This document shows positions 26,300 through 40,527 of a stretch of 64,000 nucleotides of DNA, in pieces. Positions within the stretch are counted from its first letter, which is position 1. Every line of letters starts with the position of its first letter. The position numbers were made by a program, and so were the translations under genes. Source of the stretch: Octopus sinensis (lineage: Eukaryota); contig NC_043001.1 of assembly GCF_006345805.1 (NCBI RefSeq), positions 24,862,001-24,926,000 of the forward strand. The letters run 5' to 3'. The notes under the pieces were generated by a model, which was given only the letters and a program-made list of their open reading frames with translations, was not told where the DNA came from and ran no database searches.

Positions 26300-26530
26300 G
26301 GCGGCGAACTGGCAGAAGCGTTAGCACGTCAGGCAAAATGCTTAGCAGTATTTCGTCTGCTGTTACATTCTGAGTTCAAATTCCGCCAGGGTCGACTTTG
26401 CCTTTCATCCTTTCGGGGTCGATTAAATGAGTACCAGTTACGCACTGGGGTCGATGTAATCGACTTAATCCGTTTGTCTGTCCTTGTTTGTCCCTTCTGT
26501 GTTTAGCCCCTTGTGGGTAGTAAAGAAGTA
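26300..26530 (+). mobile_element. SINE A1 with 15-bp TSD, inserted in an older B fragment
   Basis: ggtattaaagctgaa occurs at 26285-26299 and 26531-26545. Confidence 0.95.
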
Positions 26531-26683
26531 GGTATTAAAGCTGAAACTTTGTGGTTGCAAAGTAACTTTTTAACCATGTAGCAATGCTGGCACCTATTCT
26601 AGATACTTTACTGCATTTGTTTTAACCTGAAAAATTAGATAAATCACTTGCTTAATTTGACAATAAAATATTAGAAAGAGCAT

Positions 26684-27082
26684 AGGCGCAGGAGTGGCTG
26701 TGTGGTAAGTAGCTTGCTTACCAACCACATGGTTCTGGGTTCAGTCCCACTGCGTGGCACCTTGGGCAAGTGTCTTCTACTATAGCCTCGGGCCGACCAA
26801 AGCCTTGTGAGTGGATTTGGTAGATGGAAACTGAAAGAAGTCCATTGTATATATGTATGTATATATATATGTGTGTGTATGTTTGTGTGTCTGTGTTTGT
26901 CCCCCAAGCATTGCTTGACAACCGATGCTGGTGTGTTTATGTCCCCGTCACTTAGTGGTTCAGCAAAAGAGACTGATAGAATAAGTACTGGGCTTTCAAA
27001 GAATAATTCCTGGGGTCGATTTGCTCGACTAAAGGCGGTGCTCCAGCATGGCCGCAGTCAAATGACTGAAACAAGTAAAAGA
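26684..27082 (+). mobile_element. SINE B, full length
   Basis: aggcgcaggagtggctgtgtggtaag ... ggcggtgctccagcatggccgcagtcaaatgactgaaacaagtaaaaga. Confidence 0.9.
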
Positions 27083-27649
27083 GTTTAAAAAGAGAGAGTA
27101 GCCATAAACACATCTCATGCTAATGAATGAGATAGTAAATATAAGCAGCATTCTCTCTATCTTTTAATGAGCTGCATTCGTTAAATAAATCTTTTCTTGT
27201 AACATAAAATACATCACTTTATATTACCATTTTTTGTTGTTTCCATTTTCTTACTTCATTTTCCAAAGTATGGCTATTTTCTCAACCAAATAATTCAGAG
27301 ATTCTATTTTTATCAGAAACTTTTTCACCTTAATTTCCTCAAAAAAAAGAATCATCTGCTGTTATTATTATTTCCAGACCTCTTCCATCTTACCCAACAC
27401 TCATCACTAAACTTCCTGTCTCGCATTAACACAGACAAATCTTCTGATCATTTTTCTTAGTTTGAATCTACCTTCCACTTCTGTAGTAGCCATATTCAAC
27501 AAATCTTCTGCCTTCTTGACCTTAGCAAATATATAGACCCAAATAGCATCCAACGGCTATCTTCGCATAATGTACAACATATTCACTACCTATTCTAACC
27601 AAAGTATTTGGTTTCTCTTTGTATATGTGTGATCATGTGTGTGTGTGTG

Positions 27650-28318
<669 letters not shown>

Positions 28319-28615
28319 GCAAATCATGATTTTTCAGATGTAAGCATATATATTTAACTTTCAAGTAAAGTTTATCCATCGCTAAAAGAAGATAAATTCT
28401 AAGACCCTGGAATTAACAAGATGATAGATTATGAGAAAGCTAAATTCGGATTAACTGAAAATGGTCTGAAATAATCAGCCACACAATCATGTTAACGAGG
28501 AAAATATTTTATGAATATTTCTTGATTTCTGATCAAGATGCAAAGCAAAAATGCATTTATCAACATAGAATATTTATTAGAAAATACATTTTTCAACTAA
28601 AGTTCAACTTTACAG

Positions 28616-28644
28616 GAAGTTTTTCATCTGAAGAACTGATCTTG
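28616..28644 (+). CDS. Candidate 29-nt micro-exon (unverified)
   Basis: Acceptor ttcaactttacag, donor TTG|gtaaga; reading (G)SFSSEELIL. Confidence 0.2.
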
Positions 28645-29444
28645 GTAAGAAAAACAAGTACAATATTTTAAAATATTATCATAAAAAATAACACCTGCTA
28701 AAAAAATAATTTTCTGTCATAGATACTAATTCATCCAAAGAAAACCAAATATAAGTTTGGTAAGCATCATGCTGCTAAACTGTCTGTAATCCTCACTTAG
28801 AGAAAATTGATACTATTTTCTGCTAGCTGAGTATCATGTTTCTGAGGTTTGTCGTGAAGCAGCCAATCTTAGAAATTGTAGAAATCATGTTTCTGTCAGG
28901 TTATTTTTAAAAGAAGCAAATGAGGACTCTCTTTAGAAGTAAGACATATAGAAATAAAGTAAAAAATTTTAGATCTCATTTAGCTCTCAGAAAAATTGTC
29001 TTAACATAAATTCAGGTAATTTCTAATATTCTATTTTATTCTATTAATTAGTTACCTCCTTTTGTATAAGGTCATAAAGTTATTCAGAATGATAGTGGTC
29101 TGATGTCAACGTATCTTCAGACTGATAAATACATTTTTGTACATTTGAAACTTAATTCAATGTGTTCTTGAATTACCGATTTGTCTCTATGGATGAAAGA
29201 TAGCAAACATGTACTGCAACAATTAATAAAAACCCCAGGAATTATTTACATCTAAAATCTATCTAAATAGAAAATAGTACGGTTGATTGAAGATATACGA
29301 GTGTATGTTTACTTAATATACACTAAGTAATCTTTTCCTTTGATACATATACTACCTTTTTCTTTATTCTTTTTTTTTCTTTTTTTTTTTTGCAAGAAGA
29401 TTACATTAACTATTTTGTGGATTTTACATTATCTTTTATCTTTT

Positions 29445-30030
29445 ATGCATTTCAGTCATTAGACTGCAGCCATGCTGAGCTTAAAGTTTTAGTCAAATGA
29501 ATCGACCCCAGTACTATTTCTTTTAAAACCTGGTACATATTCTATTGGTCTTTTGCCGAACCACTAAGTTATGGGGATGTCAACACACCAACACTGGTTT
29601 CTAAATGGTGATGGGGTCACAAATACAAATACACACATATCATCATCATTGTTTAACATCCGCTTTCCATGCTAGCATGGGTTGGACGATTTGATTGAGG
29701 TCTAGCGAACCAGATGGCTGCACCAGACTCCAATCTGATCTGGCAGAGTTTCTACAGCTGGATGCCCTTCCTAACGCCAACCACTCCAAGAGTGTAGTGG
29801 GTGCTTTTACGTGCCACAGGCATGGGAGTGAGTCAGGCAGCACTGGCAGCGGCCACATATACATACATATACAACAGGCTTCTTTCAGTTTCCATCTACC
29901 AAATCCACTCACAAGGCTTTGGTTGGCCTGAAGCTATAGTAGAAAACACTTGCCCAAGGTGTCACACAGTAGAACTGAAACAGAAACCACATGATTGGGA
30001 AGCAAGCTTCTTACTACACAACCACTCCTG
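29445..30030 (-). mobile_element. SINE B interrupted by a label-C element (29641-29853)
   Basis: The B tail lies left and the B head right of a C element flanked by cacatat at 29634-29640 and 29854-29860 (possible TSD). Confidence 0.8.
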
Positions 30031-30300
30031 AATACTTTTTCCAAAAAATTATTGAAACATTAATAAAAAAAAATTATTCACAATGATCAAGGATCTTTCC
30101 TAGTGACATAACATAAACATAGCTAAAACATCTACCCAGAAAATATTTCATGCCAGACACTATAAGAAGCTCAAATAAAACCCACAATGGTGTACTACTC
30201 CTACATTTAGGGCAGTGCTGCTGCTAATACACACAAATCTCTTAGACTTTATCCAAAAGAACATCATCTAGATGGTTAGTAATGACTTATGTCTCTATAT

Positions 30301-30637
30301 GTGAAGGTGCATGGCTCAGTGATTAGAGCGTCGAGCTTACGATCGTGAGGTTGTGAGTTTGAATCTCGGACCGTGCTGTGTGTTGTGTTTTTGAGCAAGA
30401 CACTTTATTTCACGTTGTTCCAGTTCATTCAGCTGTAGAAATGAGTTGCGACATCACAGGTGCCAAGCTGTATTGGCTTTTGCCTTTCCCTTGGATAACA
30501 CTGGTGGTGTGGAGAGGGGAGGCCGGTATGCATGGGTGACTGCTGGTCTTCCATAAACAACCTTGCCCAGACTTGTGCCTCAGAGGGTAACTTTCTAGGT
30601 GCAATCCCACAGTCAGTTATGACCAAAGGGGGTCTCA
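30301..30637 (+). mobile_element. SINE F, full length
   Basis: Homologous to 517-852; tctctatat flanks both sides (possible TSD). Confidence 0.9.
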
Positions 30638-30969
30638 ATTTCTCTATATCCTATAATTATTAGCTCATGAATGTTTCTTCTCTATCTTTTCTATCAGTAC
30701 TGCAACAAATCCCTCACAAAGGCCTTCCAAAAATACATGCTTTTCAACACCCCTGTTGCACCTTCTCAACACCCATTCTGTGGTTCAACTTCACCAATTT
30801 TAATTACAGATATAGGCCTAAACATGTTCAAACTTGAACCTTTTAGGTTCAAGATATATCTCATGGATGCTTTAGGATGCATCATCAGCAATGTTTCTGG
30901 GGTCTTAGGAGGACTTTTGAGTCTTTCAACATCAGACCCCTTTGTCCAGTTGATCAAGACCCAGCTTAA

Positions 30970-31189
30970 TCCTTTACCTTTCTAACAGGCCATATCCGAC
31001 CCAAATATGCTACCTGTTTTATGTTCTAGCAGGCAGATCCAGCCTATCACACGTACCCCTCAATGCTATTCTAAATATATACAGTCACGTCATCAAAATT
31101 TCAAAGCTACAATATAATTGCATGCTTAATTAAAAACAATGTGAATGAAAAAGCATTACATTTGACAGAATAATCTGAGTGATAAAAGG
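30970..31189. mobile_element. piggyBac-like MITE, family P2 (degenerate)
   Basis: TTAA on both sides (30966-30969 and 31190-31193); colinear with 44565-44783. Confidence 0.65.
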
Positions 31190-31919
31190 TTAAACATTAA
31201 CTGCATTAGTCTTATCAATCTGAGAGGACCTGCAAAAGTTAGGGGACTTGTCCATCTTTCTGTGACTAACTTATTTTAGAAATAAAGATTTGGAAAAGCA
31301 GTGGTATAAGTGGAATTTTGTGGCTAGATTTGATTTTCTTCAGCACATCTGAAAAATACAGATACTGTAAAATAAAAAAACATAATTAGTGAAGGCTGAT
31401 CCGCAAAAGCCTGAAGAACATTTATACAATATGTGAACTCATTTGCTTGTTAGCTGCTTATATCAATTTGATGATAATTTTACTAACAGATTCCAGATAG
31501 CTTAAGGTAAGAAGCAGAAATATTCAGATGCTGCTTGTAAAAAAAGTAATGGACACATTTTAGGAATGTGTGATATATATTTTTTTTTTAATATTATAAA
31601 ACGATGAAATATAATAGCCAGAGTTGAAACAAGCCCTCGGAACCTAGACTTACACTTGATATCAACAGAAGATATGGCTAATGATAGAAATTTAAAAGTA
31701 CTAATTTCTACAATCTGTCTAATTTGCTATGACATGGAGGTAAGAAAATATTACAGCGGCAACGCAAGCAAGCCCAGAGATGTTGCCAGGAGCTCCGTGA
31801 AGAGTTCTCTCTTCTTCATAAAGGACCGCGTCCATGGAATCGGCTCGTCCGGAGATACGTATATGGTGCCTGTAGAGCACCATGTCTTGAGCAGAAAAAT
31901 AAATAAATAAATAAATAAT

Positions 31920-32334
31920 CATCATCATCATCCAATATTTTAAATCCAGGTTTTGTCCCCGTTAATGGGGGTGGCTGTATCTACCTCAATGCCATAGCAA
32001 CCAAGGCAGGCAGGTGCAGCCCACCCCAAACTTTGGGCTGGCCTTGGTTGCTATAGCATGTACCCTCAACGTAGTTCTTGGGGAGATTCAGTGTGACACA
32101 GAGTGTGACAAGGCTGGCCCTTTGAAATACAGGTACAGCAGAAACAGAAAGAAAGAGTGAGAGAAAGTTGTGGTGGAAGAGTACAGCAGGGTTCACCACA
32201 ACACCCTGCCAGAGCCTTGTGGAGCTTTAGGTGTTTTCACTCAATAAACACTCACAACACCCGGTCTGGGAATCGAAACCGTGATCCTACAACTGCGAGT
32301 CCACTGCCCTAACCACTAGGCCATTGCACCTCCA
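31920..32334 (-). mobile_element. SINE E with a different tail (type 3) ending in (ATG)n
   Basis: E head and body at about 32145-32334, followed by sequence unrelated to the 21651 tail. Confidence 0.8.
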
Positions 32335-33387
32335 CTTTATAATTTAGTGACTGTGCAAAACACTTTGCCAAGTATTTCATTCCCAAAGTGGTAGTCTCCC
32401 TGGAATTCCCTCTCCATAGATATCAACCTACAGAGTTAAAACCCAACCATCATGTGTATCAAAAAAATCTATCAGTTTTAGGGAGATTACAAAGATCATA
32501 GTTCCTCTTTCTCTAACAGCAAGATTCTAGATGGTCTGCAAGGCTCCATGTTCTGTAACTATAGAAATAAATATTGCCCACAATATATATATATATATAA
32601 TATATATATATATATATGTATGTATGTATGTATGTTTGTATAGATTGTTTGAAGTGGTGTGTACAAATTTTATATATTAAGAAGGAAGTAGTCAGGATTT
32701 AGATAAAAACTATCTATTTAGTGCTTTCCTCCCTTTGAGGGATTCATCATGAACATTTTTTTATTGAGAATTCATACCTTTTATATATGTGCAAGTTAGT
32801 GAAAAAAATCTTAAGTTTAATTTGTTTTCTTGAGTTTTGGGAATATATATATAAATAAGGTATATATATATATATATTCATTCATCTAGAAATTATAAAA
32901 AAATACTATTGTTTGAATTACAAAACAAGAATATGATCCGTAATGTTAAATTAATATCTTTTATGTTATTTATCATTACTAAAAATGTTATAAAAGAAAC
33001 CAGACAGTAAGCCCCAGGCCATCTAAGAAAATATAACAGAAAAATTTCTGTTTATAGCTAATTATAGACATTGTGTTTATTCTTTTCTTTTTCTTTTCCT
33101 TAATTTAACCAGAACTAGAAATCTAAAAGTTTTTTTCTGACCCATATTACAGCTTATATTGTGACTGAATATTAGAAATAACCATTCTTCTATTGATGCT
33201 ACACTCACTGAATCAGTGAGTTTGCATTCTAAATGCGCTTTGTTCAGTAGTAATCTAAAAATGCTTTGTTCAAATGTAATATTCTAAATATGCTTTGATC
33301 AATCATAATCTTCTAAATATGCTTCAATAATTATAATCTCTTGAATCTTATAACACTTACTGAAAACGAATACACACTCACACATAC

Positions 33388-33446
33388 GTGTATATATATA
33401 TATATTATATATATATATTATATATATATATATATACACATACAGA

Positions 33447-33508
<62 letters not shown>

Positions 33509-33565
33509 CAGATATATGTATATATATATATATATATACATACAGATATATGTATGTATATATGA
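33388..33565. repeat. (AT)n-rich compound microsatellite
   Basis: Seen directly. Confidence 0.95.
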
Positions 33566-34707
33566 TTATTTATACAGTCCCCAAGGTTGATAATGTCGTA
33601 AATTGGAGTTATACCAAATGGTAACATAATATCTTTGTGTGGGTTATTAGTGATAAACCATATGATCATCAGATGACTAAAAAGATGCACATGTAGTCAT
33701 TTACATGGCCATTCTTGTCATGTGTAACACTGTACAGGAGGATATTTTACTTCTAAGGCAGTAGGTTGCTAGCCTTGAACAATTATCAGTGTAGAGTTTA
33801 TTTGATTTCACAGAAGTCAGTGGTAAAGAAAATAAACGTATGAAGACGATTAAAAGAGAGTGAACACATAAAGATTTTAGACAACTAAACCCTGGACGGT
33901 ATGCAGGGTTCCATATATAACAACAAAAATAGATATTCCTCTACTACATAATATTGTACAAGACAGGAAATGAGCATTTCCAAAATGAAATCAAAACGAC
34001 TTCACATGTGTAATTTTTGGTCATCTGATGAGTTCACAGTGAGATGCAACCATTTGTTGAAACTCTGAATAACAACATTACCATTTCTGGGTACTATATA
34101 AATCATAAATTTCAATCAAATTGGGCTTTTCTCTTTGCCTAATGTTATTCCTATTATAAAACATGAGTATGTGTATATGCTCGTGTGAGTACATGTGTAC
34201 AATTTTGGTAGTCATTGGTGACATTTAAAATATACCATTGAGAAATTTATATATAATTCTGCTGAGCTGTCTTTCATGACATATCTCCATCCGTATACAT
34301 ACATCCACATATATATTTTAATGTAAAAGTTGTAAAGACTTTTACATAGTGCAAACATGTAATATATAAGACCAATTATGCTGAGTTGAGTGGAGTAGAC
34401 AGATATACTGTTGTAGCAAAATTCGACAGTCTACTCTGAGTTTCATCCTTATCTGGGCTGTTCATAGATGGTGAATATTCAATATATAATATATACAGAG
34501 AAATGGATAGATAGATTCTTTTTAGTCTTGTAAAGAGAAAAACAACTAGTTTTAAATCTCAAAGTGAGAAATATGTAGTAACAGTACTGTACAGTAAAGT
34601 CTATTTGCCAACACAATCTGGCAGTCCAATGCAGGACGATGTTACTAATTTTTAGCCCTAGGAAAACATCTCCAACTGTCTACCGAAACATGGTCTGAGT
34701 CCATATA

Positions 34708-34842
34708 CTGTGAGCAAGGGAGTCTATTGTTCCCTTTCTTGCCTTAGTGATACAAGTAGACCAATGGTTTCTGGGTTATTTATCTTCCTTAGTACAGGGC
34801 AATCACCAGCTAGAGATGGCAGCCACTCAACCTTGCTCACAG
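34708..34842. mobile_element. Small MITE with 12-bp TIRs and TA flanks
   Basis: ta-ctgtgagcaagg ... ccttgctcacag-ta. Confidence 0.6.
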
Positions 34843-35769
34843 TATATACTTTTAAAGTAACACACAGTCGCTGATCTCGTAAAGAGTAAAACAACCAGTT
34901 TTAAATCTCTGAAGAAGAAATATGTAGACTTTTTTGTCTTTTTTCTTTAATTCTTTTACTGGTTTCAGTTAATGAGTTGCATATATGCTGGGGCACTGTC
35001 TTCAAAGATTTTAGGCAGTCTTATTGACCCCAGTACATAATTTCATCTAGTATTTATTTTATCACTCATTATTTATTAAATGGGTAAGTTCTACTTTTGT
35101 AGTGTAAATGTACATTACTCAATACCCCAATTTGCATCAATATGCACAAACACAATAACAGACATACATGTATGCATATATGTGTGTGTATATATATATA
35201 TACGTATTTGGTACTGAGTCTACATGGTTTAAAGGTGTACACAGCTAGATAGATATTAAGTATTGCAATCACTTTAGAATTCAGTAGACTTTGATACAAT
35301 TAAATATCAAATCAGATTACTCAAATGAGCAGGTGTTTTATATGTCAAAAATGACTATCAAAATGCAATTACATGTTTCAGCATACAATCTTGACTTAAA
35401 TTCTCAGCATAAAAATACAAAAAAAAAGAAGAAATATATAATATATTTTTGAGTGAACTTAACTTGCTAATAATTACTTATATGATTTCTTTCTGATAAT
35501 CTTAACAATGATCTATGGAAAAAAAACTACTGACATCCATTGTCTTCATTTTTTAGGTTTCTTATATTTATCTGATTTTCTTTTCTTTCTTTTTTTTTGT
35601 ATATTCCACCTCAACATGTTATTGTGACATGTCTCTTTTTATATATGCTATTATCTATTATTTTTCTCTTTCTTTTATCATCATTATCTCTCTTTCTCTA
35701 AATATACATTTATACAAATATATTTGTATTGTATTCTGTTTAAACATATCACTCACACTCACTCACTTT

Positions 35770-35780
35770 ATTTATATATA

Positions 35781-35839
<59 letters not shown>

Positions 35840-35850
35840 TACATATATGT

Positions 35851-35919
<69 letters not shown>
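35770..35919. repeat. (AT)n microsatellite
   Basis: Seen directly. Confidence 0.95.
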
Positions 35920-35920
<1 letters not shown>

Positions 35921-36640
35921 CTTATTCCAGTCATTAGACAGCAGCAATGCTGAGGTATCACCTTGAAGAATTTTTAGTTAAATGTATCGACACCAGTACT
36001 TGTTCTTTTAAACCTGACTCTTATTTTCTCAGTCTCTTTTGCTGCACTGCTAAGGTATGGGGATGTAAACACACCAACACCAGTTGTCATGTGGTGGTGT
36101 AGGGCAGTGCTTTTCAAACTATCTGAAGAGGCATACCAGCCGTTTTTTTTTTTTTTCTAATGTTCCATGGACTGGTAATATTTCTTGGTAATATAAATTT
36201 ATACCAGAAACCATATATATAATAGATATAATAAAAGTTGACAATTTTTTTCTATCTTATATTTATTTTGTAAACAAATAATTACAATATTACATAAGCA
36301 TTTTATAATGTTTCTTTCTTTTCTGGAAACTTGCTGCGTACTGGCTGCTGATGGCCTGCGGAGCAGCACCAGGTCACAAACCACAGTTTTGAGTTGCACT
36401 GGTGTAGGGGACAATCACAGACACGAAGACACACAGACATAGACATATATATATATATATACACATACACACACTTATATATGACAAGCTTCTTTCAGTT
36501 TCTGTCTACCAAATCCATTCACAAGGCTTTGGTTGGCCTGAGGCTATAGTAGAAAACACTTGCCCAAGTTGCCATGCAGTGTGACTGAACCTGGAACCAT
36601 GTGGTTGGGAAGCAAGCTTCTTACCACACCCAGGCCTGTG
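35920..36640 (-). mobile_element. SINE B interrupted by a hAT MITE
   Basis: B tail at 35920-36104, B body and head at 36402-36640. Confidence 0.8.
36105..36401. mobile_element. hAT (Charlie-like) MITE with perfect 8-bp TSD
   Basis: TSD gtgtaggg at 36097-36104 and 36402-36409 with central TA; termini cagtgcttttcaaa / ttttgagttgcactg. Confidence 0.85.
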
Positions 36641-36652
36641 TCTATCAATATA

Positions 36653-37923
36653 TTGGATCATCCCATAAATAATGCATTTTTTTCAGTTGCATGAACTAAA
36701 AGTCAGAGGGGCACAGGATAAACTACCTGCATCAAATTGCTATAAAAGCAGGTAGTAAGTTTACCTTGTGCTTATTCTTAGTACAAGTTTTGAAGAGTTC
36801 AATTTTAACAGTTATTTTTTCAAAGCTATAATGGAAGCAACAAAGGAGCATATTCGGCATATTTTGCTTTATGAGTTCAATAAAGGCAACAATGCAATGG
36901 AAGGTGTGAGGAATATTAATGCAGCATATGGGGATTGGACAATAAGCGTAAGCCAGTGTTATCAGTAGTCCCAGAAATTCTGAGCCAGAAACTACAGCCT
37001 AGAAGACAAACTTCATCCTGGAAGATCAGTAGGGCTCGACGAGGATGTCCTGCAAATCCTGGTGGAACAAAATCCCATCATAAATGTTGAAGAACTAGCA
37101 GAGAAGCTTGGATTTGGTCATTCAACCATTCATCGCATGCCCTCAGGAAAGTCAGAAAATTTGGTCGAGGGGTTTCTCGCAAACTTTCCATGTCTAATCA
37201 AGCACAGAGACTGAATATGTGTTCTTTGCTGTCACATCTCACGAATGAACCTCTTTTGGCCTGAAGAGTGACTGGTGACGAGAAGTGGATTCTCTATAAA
37301 AATGTCAAGTGCTGAAGACAGTGGGTAAGGAAAGGAGAAACACCAGCACTCACCCCACACTAAAGAAGATCTTCACCCACATAAGGTGTTGTTATTTGTT
37401 CGGTGGGATATGAAAGGTTTAGTCCACTTTGAACTTTTAAACCTAAACTAAGCAATAACAAAGATCTACTGTAAACAGCTTGAGCAGTTTAAGTCAGTGC
37501 TGGAAGAAGCACAACCATCTCTGGTTTCAAGACAAAAGGTGTTCTTCCATCAAGATAATACTCAGCCACATACAGCTAGGATGCCATTCCAAAGACTGGA
37601 GCATTTTGAATGGGAAATGATGCTCTACCTACCATATTCACTGGACATTGCCCCATCTGATTATCCTTTACTGCACAGTCTTCAAAATCATTTGGACGGA
37701 AAAAATATGAATTCTGTAGAAGAGGTCAGAACAGTATTGGAGTAGTATTTTTCATCATGGACAAGTAAATTTTGGAAGAGGGGCCTTGCAAGTCTACCAG
37801 ATAGACTGAAGAGCATTGTAGAAGATGAAAGAGAGTATATTTTAGATTAAAAAGAACTTTGTTTATCTTAATTTTGAAAAATAAAAGAAGTATAAAAATG
37901 GCATTATTTATAGGATGACCCAA
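36653..37923 (+). mobile_element. Full-length mariner (DD34D) transposon, inactive
   Basis: About 28-bp imperfect TIRs (ttggatcatcccataaataatgc / gcattatttataggatgacccaa), TA on both sides, length about 1.27 kb. Confidence 0.95.
36831..37850 (+). pseudogene. Mariner transposase pseudogene
   Basis: MEATKEHIRHILLYEFNKG...; catalytic motifs VTGDEKW, FHQDNTQPH and PYSLDIAPSDY, with 34 residues between the second and third D; multiple stops and frameshifts. Confidence 0.95.
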
Positions 37924-38517
37924 TATATATATGTATATATATTTAAAGTGAATGAGTGTGAGTGATATGTTTAAACATACACTAGCACAAATATATTTGT
38001 ATAAATATTTATTTAGAGAAAGAGAGATAATATATGTGTGTGTATGTATGTCTGTGTGTGTGTGTTTGTTTTTATGTTCTGTTATAATGAAAAAAATTTA
38101 CATTAATATGATGGTTTATTCTGTGTTTGTAGAGTACAAATTTATTCTTTTTAAACAAAAATGGTGTTGACAGAGACTTCGAAGTTTCAGACAGCTAAGC
38201 TTGTGATGCATAAGAGTTAGTATTGGCTTTATATAGTTATATAGTCTCTGTTGACTTAAAATCTTCCTTGGGTGGAGTGGCAGTTATGATTTTAGGATTG
38301 GTTGTTATGGAGAAGTGTTTTGGAAAAATTTTGATTTATTAAATTTGGGATGATGTTATTGTTTAGGATTCATTCATGTATGAAGAACATTGTAAATAAG
38401 TGTGAAGGTGTTTCTCTTTTGTTAGGGAGGCACAAGGTGTAATAATATTTTTGTTGCTTTTGGTATTATTGGAATTAATCGTTTTGCTTTGACAATGTAA
38501 AGGTTAAAAGCACAAGG

Positions 38518-38571
<54 letters not shown>

Positions 38572-38610
38572 AAAGCCTGGAGATATATTAAGAAATTATT
38601 TACTTAAAAA

Positions 38611-38871
38611 GTGGAGGCGCGTGGCTTAGTGGTTAGGGTGTCAGCATCATGATCATAAGTTTGTGGTTTCGATTCCTGGACTGGGCGACGCGTTGTGTTT
38701 TTGAGAAAAACACTTCATTTCACGTTGCTCCAGTCCACTCAGCTGGCAAAAATGAGTAACGCTGCGATAGACTGGCGTCCTGTCCAGCTGGGGAACACCT
38801 ACGCCATTGAAACTAGGACACTGGGCCCATGAACCTGGCTAGGCTTTAAAAGGGCGCATTTATTATTTATT
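38611..38871 (+). mobile_element. tRNA-derived SINE, family D, with 13-bp TSD
   Basis: ttatttacttaaa occurs at 38596-38608 and 38872-38884; head, central block shared with F, and gcgatagactggcgtcctgtccag motif. Confidence 0.9.
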
Positions 38872-40069
38872 TTATTTACTTAAATATCCTTACAAGTGTT
38901 TCAGTAACAGATTACACAAAGATATTCATGTATTCATGTTGGTGTATGATGTGCACTTGAACTTGCATTTTGCAAGCATCATTTTATATGTATGTATGTG
39001 TGTGTGTGTGTTTTTATTTAAAACAGGTAATACGATCTTTTTTTTTTAAATATAGTTATTCTTCAATAATGATAAACAAGCAAAATAATCAATATTTCAT
39101 TTTTCATTAAATGTTTTAGGACAACATTATAACTGAAATTTGACTCGGTATTTGTCTTTCAATTTCTGTTATGTTTTGTTCTAAAATTTTGTTGTAAAAT
39201 CTTTGTATTTAAAGTCATACTATTGTCTTTAATTTCTTTCTTTACAGAGATTTTGTGAATTTTCATTTATACATATTCTCTTATGATTTATCTATTCATA
39301 TTCTACATGCCATGCTCACACATATACACACATAATTTTACCTGCATATTTGTACTCCAAACATCAAAAGGTACTTTGCTCTTACATGCACACAGGTGAG
39401 TGTGCAAAGCTAAATAAGTAATAATATTTATACTAGTATTATACTTTTATTACTCACATACACAAATAAAGATATACAGGTCACTAGCTGACTAACTGAA
39501 TTTGATATCATTTGTGACTGCATCTTTTCTCTTGTAAAAATATCTTCAAAAATTATATTAGCATATTACCTGTATTTATATATATATATAGCTTTCTTAA
39601 CACTGACATCTCAACTGATATATAATAATGTTGTTTTTGGCGAGCTGACCCACATCAGCATGTGACAAGTATTCAGTGTACCGTTTGATGATAGAAGTAA
39701 AGAAAAAGAAAACGAAAAATGAATCTTTGCAGTTTGACTTGTATAAAGAGAAGAGCATCTTGAAGAGGCAGTTACTCCATGTATAACAGAAGTTCAATTT
39801 TCCAGAACCAACTATTTAATATGAAAACACTTAAGATAGATAGCATCTCAAGTGAGCTATACAAATTGTACAAGTATAGAGACATCTAGTTAACAAGAAT
39901 TAGACAACACATACTGTGTTGTTGTATGAGATATGCTGGTTTGGATCACTTCCCAAATGCTCCTCTGCAAAAAGAAAAGCAAGACTGAACTGCAACAAAT
40001 GATACATGGTTTTCTTTTCTCTCCATTAATAATAAACCATTGGCTTTTATAATTATTTCAATGGATATA

Positions 40070-40301
40070 TATATTTCTTTACTACCCACAAGGGGCCAAA
40101 CACAGAGGGGACAAACAAGGACAGACAAAGGGACCAAGTCGATTACATTGACCCAGTGCGAAACTGGTACTTTATTTATCGACCCTGAGAGGATGAAAGG
40201 CAAAGTCGACCTCGGCAGAATTTGAACTCAGAACGTAATGATAGACGAAATACCGCTAAGCATTTCGCCCGGCGCGCTAACGTTTATGCCAGCTCGCCGC
40301 C
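40070..40301 (-). mobile_element. SINE A1, CpG-rich (young) copy
   Basis: Reverse complement of A1, retaining cgccgc, ggcgcgc and cggc CpGs. Confidence 0.9.
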
Positions 40302-40404
40302 CGTTTCTGCCGAATTCAATGGGTATAGTCTGCTCAAAGCTTTTGTACAGTCTTACTTTAGAACATACCTATTTGGATTATTATCATCAGCCTGAATATG
40401 GCCT

Positions 40405-40527
40405 AGGATAAGCTGGTATGCATGGGCGACTACTGATCTTCCATAAACAACCTTGTCCGGTCTTGTGCTTCAGAGGGTAACTTTCTAGGTGCAATCGCAA
40501 GGTCATTTATAACCGAAGGGGGTCTCC
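40405..40527 (+). mobile_element. SINE F, 3' fragment
   Basis: ggtatgcatgggcgactactgatcttccataaacaacc...gggggtctc matches the F tail. Confidence 0.85.

Noticed and set aside
34025-34063. ctgatgag...gaaac as a hammerhead
   Set aside because: No convincing stem I or stem II pairing.
38150-38520. Possible Penelope GIY-YIG endonuclease fragment
   Set aside because: No GIY or YIG motif recoverable in any frame by eye.
39620-39820. Purine-rich stretch with protein-like peptides
   Set aside because: Stops in every frame, no splice sites and no recognisable family.
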